From positions 1 to 21,128 of the forward strand of contig JAYWEM010000099.1 in the NCBI GenBank assembly GCA_043779265.1: a stretch of 21,128 nt of DNA, in the 5' to 3' direction. A model generated the notes under the pieces. It was not told the origin of the DNA, did no database searches, and worked only from the letters and a program-made list of their open reading frames with translations. Source of the stretch: a bacterium. Lineage in GTDB: Bacteria > Eisenbacteria > RBG-16-71-46. The translations under genes were made by a program, and so were the position numbers. Positions within the stretch are counted from its first letter, which is position 1, and each line of letters begins with the position of its first letter. Below are positions 17,245-21,128 of the stretch, piece by piece.

Positions 17245-17300
17245 AATCGTGTCATGGGAGACCTCCTCGCCGTTGCGCCGACGCCGGACCTGGGAGTTGA

Positions 17301-17329
17301 AGTCTGCACTCCACCGGGGCCCGATTCAA
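17301..17329 (-). promoter_or_regulatory. Putative sigma70 promoter for the islet operon
   Basis: Minus strand TTGAAT (17329-17324), 17-nt spacer, CAGACT (17306-17301), about 45 nt upstream of ATG 17255. Confidence 0.45.
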
Positions 17330-17391
17330 GGGTGTTCTTAAGGGAAACCGCAGTCTGATCCGGGTGGACGGGGGCGGAGGCGCGGAGAGAT

Positions 17392-17511
17392 CATCGGATC
17401 GAGTGGGGCGGCCATTCGCACGATGGCAGGCCGCTCGGGGCCGGCGTCTACTTCGTGCGCCTGACGACGCCGGATCACAGTTCCACGACACGGGTCGTGC
17501 GGATGCCGTGA
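17392..17511 (+). pseudogene. Start-less 3' remnant of the 5816-10228 gene (direct repeat copy 2)
   Basis: Translates HRIEWGGHSHDGRPLGAGVYFVRLTTPDHSSTTRVVRMP*, 38/39 aa identical to the peptidase C-terminus. In-frame TGA at 17356-17358 and no start codon in between. Confidence 0.9.
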
Positions 17512-17533
17512 TTCGCCGCTCGATCGGGAACAG

Positions 17534-17570
17534 CGAAGCGCCCGACCCCGCGAGGAGTCGGGCGCTTTGT
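17534..17570. terminator. Hairpin downstream of ccmF and of the remnant; probable bidirectional terminator
   Basis: AAGCGCCCGAC-cccgcgagga-GTCGGGCGCTT followed by TGTCTTT; same sequence as 10244-10277. Confidence 0.7.
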
Positions 17571-17590
17571 CTTTGCCGTCGTCGTGATCG

Positions 17591-19915
17591 CTAAGCCGTT
17601 GCCGACTTGTCCCTCGCCACATCCTGCGCGCGGCGCACCATCACCAGGAACGTCGCGGCCAGCATCAGGATGGCTCCGAGCCACACCAGGTTGATCAACG
17701 GCTTGGTGCTGATCTCGACTGCGAGCACCTGGCCCTCACCGCCCTGCTCCGCACCGGGCAGGATCAATGAGACGCGGCCACCCGAGTTCGGATCGACCGA
17801 GGCGATCGAGATCTGACCTCCGCCCGGGATGTAGTCGGCGGTCTTGGTCTGCGCTCCGCTCGCCATGTCCACTTCGAGCATGGGACGAAGCGGCACGGTG
17901 CGGCCGCCGATGTTCGCCGTGACCTTGGCCACCAGCTTCACCTTGTCGCCCATCTCGCGCTCGAAGTCCTCGAACGTGAAGGTCATGGAGCCGAACGTCT
18001 TGGTCTCGCCCTTCTTGAACCACACGCCGCCCGCTCCCGGCTGATCGCCGACCATCTGGAGCGGTGAGATGTAGAGGTCATAGGCGAGGAAGTTCTCGAC
18101 GTGCGGCGCCTTCATGTAGCTCTGGTTGTAGTCGCTCCAGTAGAACTTGGTGTTGGCGGTGAACTTCCGGTCCGGGCCCTGCACCGCGATGATGGCGTGG
18201 TCCTTGCCTTCGCCATCTCGATCCATGCGCTCGTAGGTGAGCCGATAGCCGAGCGCGTTGCGGACCTCGCCCTTCGGGAGCTGCACCTGCGTCGAGGTGC
18301 CGTAGTTGCTGGAGGCGATGACGCCGACCATCATGACAGTCACCCCGAGGTGCCCGACGTAGGCCACGCCGTGCTTCCAACCGGTGCGCAGGCTGCGCAC
18401 CGCGACCACGAGATTCCCGGCGAAGGCGAACGCCATGGCGAACACGACCGCGAGCGGCATGGGGTCGCGCACACCCCACAGCGCGGCGAGTCCCGAGAAC
18501 ACGATCGCGAAGCCCAGCGAGGGTCCGGCCGTGGCGAGCAGGGTCGAGGGCTCGTGCTTGCGCCACCGCAGCGTCGGGCCGATGCCCATCAACAGCCCCA
18601 TCGCGATCGCCAGCGGCGCGTTGACCAGATTGTAGTAGCTCACCTGCACGTTGCTCGGCGGACCGAACAGCTTGGTGATCAGCGGCGCGCTCATCCCGAC
18701 CGCGATCAGAGCACCCATCAGCATGAACACCAGCTGGCCGAGCCACATGAACGACTCGCGCGAGAAGTTGCCGAGCGGCTCGGGGCTGCGTGGGATGTCG
18801 CGCAGACGCCACAGCAGCATGCCGTAGCCGACGATGCAGCCGATGGCGATGAACGCCAGCAGGAAGCCCGACAGACCGAGATTGGCGAAACTGTGCACGG
18901 AGAAGTCGGCGAGCACACCGCTGCGTGTGAGGAACGAGGCGTAGAGCACGAGCACGTACGATGTGATCGCGAGGAAGAAGTTGGTGCGGCGCAGCGCGCC
19001 GGAGACGCGCTGGATCAGCAACCCATGCACGAGCGCCATATTGGAGAGCCACGGGATCAGCGATCCATTCTCGACCGGGTCCCAGCCCCAGTAGCCGCCC
19101 CATCCGAGCACCTTGTAGGCCCAGACGCCGCCCATGATGAAGCCGGTGGCCTGGATCGCGGCCGAGAACACCGCCCACGGCATGACGGGCTTGACCCAGC
19201 CGTCGTACTCGCGCCGAAGCAGCGCGGCACAGGCGATCGCGAACGGCATGACGAACGACGAGAAGCCGACGAACAGGATGGGCGGATGGATCGTCATCCA
19301 CCAGTCCTGCAGCAGCGGGTTCAAGCCGTTGCCATCGATCGGGACGCGGCCCTCGGGGAACATCAGGAATGGCCCGCGCATGACCGTGACCAGTGTCAGC
19401 ATCAGCAACGGCAACTGGACGAAGAACATCGAGGGCGTCTTGAGTGCGTGACGCCATCGCATGAGCACCAGAGCGAGCGACGCGGTGATCAGGCCCCACA
19501 GGAGGAACGTGCCCTCCTGGCCGCCCCAGAATGCGGCGTAGACATAGCGCGACGGCATCGCCGTCGACGTGTACGAGGCGACGTACTGGAACCGGAAGTC
19601 ATGCGAGAACAGGATCCACCACAGGAAGGCGGCTCCGGCGAGCAGCGCGGCCCACTGGATGACGAACGCGACGTGGCCGATGGACTCGCGGAATCGCCAG
19701 CGGCGGTGCTCGGCGGAGTCCGCCGCGGCGAACTGCCCCGTCGTGTCGAGTGTCGCGGCGAAGTAGGCGAGCAGCGCGGTCAGCGACGAGGCGAACGCCA
19801 GCCAGCTCACCGCCTGGCCGAGGTTCTTCAAGATGCCCATCTGAATCAGCACGGGCGAGAGGAGCGCGAACGCCCCGAGCAGCACACCCGCAGTCAGGAC
19901 TCGGGCTCTGGTCAC
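17591..19915 (-). CDS. ccmF: Cytochrome c heme lyase subunit CcmF (774 aa)
   Basis: WGGQEGT, GLNPLLQ..MTIHPP, WGGYWGWDPVEN (WWD), LTRSG...SVHSF, GHLG, KPLINLVW.G. Likely GTG start at 19915, overlapping the ccmE stop (GTGA), with GGAG RBS. Confidence 0.95.
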   Translation of the reverse strand: MTRARVLTAGVLLGAFALLSPVLIQMGILKNLGQAVSWLAFASSLTALLAYFAATLDTTGQFAAADSAEHRRWRFRESIGHVAFVIQWAALLAGAAFLWWILFSHDFRFQYVASYTSTAMPSRYVYAAFWGGQEGTFLLWGLITASLALVLMRWRHALKTPSMFFVQLPLLMLTLVTVMRGPFLMFPEGRVPIDGNGLNPLLQDWWMTIHPPILFVGFSSFVMPFAIACAALLRREYDGWVKPVMPWAVFSAAIQATGFIMGGVWAYKVLGWGGYWGWDPVENGSLIPWLSNMALVHGLLIQRVSGALRRTNFFLAITSYVLVLYASFLTRSGVLADFSVHSFANLGLSGFLLAFIAIGCIVGYGMLLWRLRDIPRSPEPLGNFSRESFMWLGQLVFMLMGALIAVGMSAPLITKLFGPPSNVQVSYYNLVNAPLAIAMGLLMGIGPTLRWRKHEPSTLLATAGPSLGFAIVFSGLAALWGVRDPMPLAVVFAMAFAFAGNLVVAVRSLRTGWKHGVAYVGHLGVTVMMVGVIASSNYGTSTQVQLPKGEVRNALGYRLTYERMDRDGEGKDHAIIAVQGPDRKFTANTKFYWSDYNQSYMKAPHVENFLAYDLYISPLQMVGDQPGAGGVWFKKGETKTFGSMTFTFEDFEREMGDKVKLVAKVTANIGGRTVPLRPMLEVDMASGAQTKTADYIPGGGQISIASVDPNSGGRVSLILPGAEQGGEGQVLAVEISTKPLINLVWLGAILMLAATFLVMVRRAQDVARDKSATA

Positions 19916-20310
19916 GAAGCGATCTCCACGGCGGCGGCGCCCTGCTCGGCCTCGGTCTGGTATTTGGACGGGCACTTGACCAGCAACTGGGTGGCCTCGA
20001 AGTGATCGCCCTCGTAGGTGCCGATCGCCACGATGCTGACCGCCTGGTCGAAGTTGCCGGGGATCGTACCGCGGTACTCGACGGGCATGATGTCGCCGTG
20101 TTCATCCTGAAGCGAGAAACGCAGGTACTGCTCGTCGGGCTTGAGCACGTAGTCCTTGCTCGCCAGCGTGCCGTTCACCTGCACATGCCCCGAGGCGGCG
20201 CGCGCCTCACGGAAGCCGATGTAGGGCGTGACGGTCTTCTTGAAGCTCGTCACCCCGACGCCGATGGCGATGCCCATCAGCACGATGGCGATGCCAATCT
20301 TGGGATTCAT
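19912..20310 (-). CDS. ccmE: Heme chaperone CcmE, CxxxY variant (132 aa)
   Basis: N-terminal TM anchor, V.Y.G..P..F, G.F.A..LLVKCPSKY. Start at ATG 20310 rather than the track's 20373. Confidence 0.93.
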   Translation of the reverse strand: MNPKIGIAIVLMGIAIGVGVTSFKKTVTPYIGFREARAASGHVQVNGTLASKDYVLKPDEQYLRFSLQDEHGDIMPVEYRGTIPGNFDQAVSIVAIGTYEGDHFEATQLLVKCPSKYQTEAEQGAAAVEIAS

Positions 20311-20420
20311 CGCTTCTCCAGATCCTTGAGGCGCTTCTCGACTCGAAGGAGCCAAGCGAACACCAGTCCCCACACGAGCAGCGCGGTACCGAGCACGGTC
20401 ACGTCATGGACATCCAGCAT
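20307..20420 (-). CDS. ccmD: CcmD-like small membrane protein (37 aa)
   Basis: Not in the ORF track. MLDVHDVTVLGTALLVWGLVFAWLLRVEKRLKDLEKR* is one TM helix plus a charged tail. GGAG RBS, ATGA overlap with ccmE, located between ccmC and ccmE. Confidence 0.85.
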   Translation of the reverse strand: MLDVHDVTVLGTALLVWGLVFAWLLRVEKRLKDLEKR

Positions 20421-20432
20421 GCGGTGCTCCGA

Positions 20433-21086
20433 TCAGACAGCCGAGTGCCGCCGCTCGAGCCGCAACGTGCGGACCTTGAGCGACTGCAGCCAGGCGAACA
20501 GGAACGTGAAACCCACCAGCATCGCTCCGAACACGATGCGAATGCGCGGATCCATCTCGACCTTGCCGCGGTCGTTCAAGATCGGGTCGGGATGAAGCGA
20601 GAAGTAGAGGCGCGGCACCACGAAGATCAGGAACGGCACCGCCACGAACGCGGCCAGAGAGTAGATCGCCGAGAGCCTCGCCCGCTTGACGGGATCATCG
20701 ATGGAGCCTCGAAGAGCAAGATACGCGCCATAGATCATCAGCACGAAGAAGATGCTCGTCTGGCGAGGGTCCCAGTTCCAGTAGGCCCCCCACATCGCCT
20801 TGGCCCACAACGCCCCCGACACGGTGGCTCCGATGCAGAAGATCAACCCGAGTTCGGCCGCGGTCACCGCGTGATCGTCGTGGCGCAGGTCACGCTTCCA
20901 CAGATAGAGGGCGCTCTGCAGCATCGACCAGCCGAGGGCGACGACCGTGAGCCAGGCGGCCGGGATGTGCCAGTAGAGCACGCGCGTGGTTCGCTCGAGG
21001 ACCGGAACGAGTGGCGCATAGGTGAATGCCGCGATCGTCGCGACCGCAATCCACGCGAACAGCAGCCAGCGCACGAGCAGTCCCAT
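20433..21086 (-). CDS. ccmC: Heme ABC transporter permease CcmC
   Basis: YWHIPAAW, WAKAMWGAYWNWDPRQT (WWD), SLHP; six TM-like segments. Confidence 0.95.
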   Translation of the reverse strand: MGLLVRWLLFAWIAVATIAAFTYAPLVPVLERTTRVLYWHIPAAWLTVVALGWSMLQSALYLWKRDLRHDDHAVTAAELGLIFCIGATVSGALWAKAMWGAYWNWDPRQTSIFFVLMIYGAYLALRGSIDDPVKRARLSAIYSLAAFVAVPFLIFVVPRLYFSLHPDPILNDRGKVEMDPRIRIVFGAMLVGFTFLFAWLQSLKVRTLRLERRHSAV

Positions 21087-21128
21087 CAGTCCTCCCAGAG
21101 ATGGTCGTAAAGTAGCAAGCTCATGGCC
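21086..21128 (-). CDS. ccmB: 3' end of probable CcmB (partial)
   Basis: ...AMSLLLYDHLWED* with a TGATG overlap onto the ccmC start. Position and C-terminal pattern fit CcmB, but only 13 codons are visible. Confidence 0.6.
   Translation of the reverse strand, partial: AMSLLLYDHLWED

Larger units (their letters stand above)
10281..17391. mobile_element. Putative ~7.1 kb genomic islet bracketed by direct repeats; no integrase inside
   Basis: Flanked by the duplicated gene end plus terminator. Carries only two minus-strand secreted-protein genes and a putative promoter. Confidence 0.55.

Noticed and set aside
10109..17511. Repeat pair as the template/variable regions of a diversity-generating retroelement
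   Set aside because: Mismatches are not adenine-specific (mostly C/T and C/G at third positions), are nearly all synonymous, and no reverse transcriptase is present.
5963..20005. Long antisense or alternative-frame ORFs (e.g. 5963-8476, 7375-8886, 10279-12531, 15451-17358, 18101-20005)
   Set aside because: Shadow ORFs typical of high-GC coding DNA: Arg/Gly/Pro-rich, no motifs, and overlapping well-supported genes.
1..21128. CRISPR array, tRNA, rRNA or riboswitch
   Set aside because: No regularly spaced repeats or recognisable structured-RNA signatures; intergenic gaps are short and explained by promoters and terminators.

Overview
High-GC bacterial DNA. The FlgD/T9SS-like C-terminal domains and a Fibrobacter-type LexA box suggest an FCB-superphylum organism such as Ca. 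Eisenbacteria; this is inference only. From left to right: (1) the truncated 5' part of an aquaporin/MIP gene. (2) A minus-strand operon of a small DUF6504-like protein, a Y-family polymerase with clamp and RecA-N-terminus-like motifs, and a DUF72 protein. It sits under a perfect palindrome, ACTGCACG-GA-CGTGCAGT, matching the Fibrobacter LexA box TGCNC-N4-GTGCA. (3) Four large secreted multidomain proteins that all end in a FlgD_ig/T9SS-like sorting domain: a lamin-tail/PHP metallohydrolase, an HExxH metallopeptidase, a BNR/Asp-box propeller protein and a galactose-oxidase-like copper radical oxidase. (4) The end of a cytochrome c maturation operon, ccmB-C-D-E-F, of the CxxxY (System I*) type. 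Two hidden features stand out. First, the last 40 codons and terminator of the peptidase gene (10109-10277) recur as a start-less, almost purely synonymously diverged copy at 17392-17567, bracketing the BNR and oxidase genes as a ~7.1 kb island with no integrase. Second, a C10 tract just after the oxidase gene's RBS-preceded ATG puts the gene out of frame, which is either an OFF phase-variation switch or a homopolymer sequencing error.
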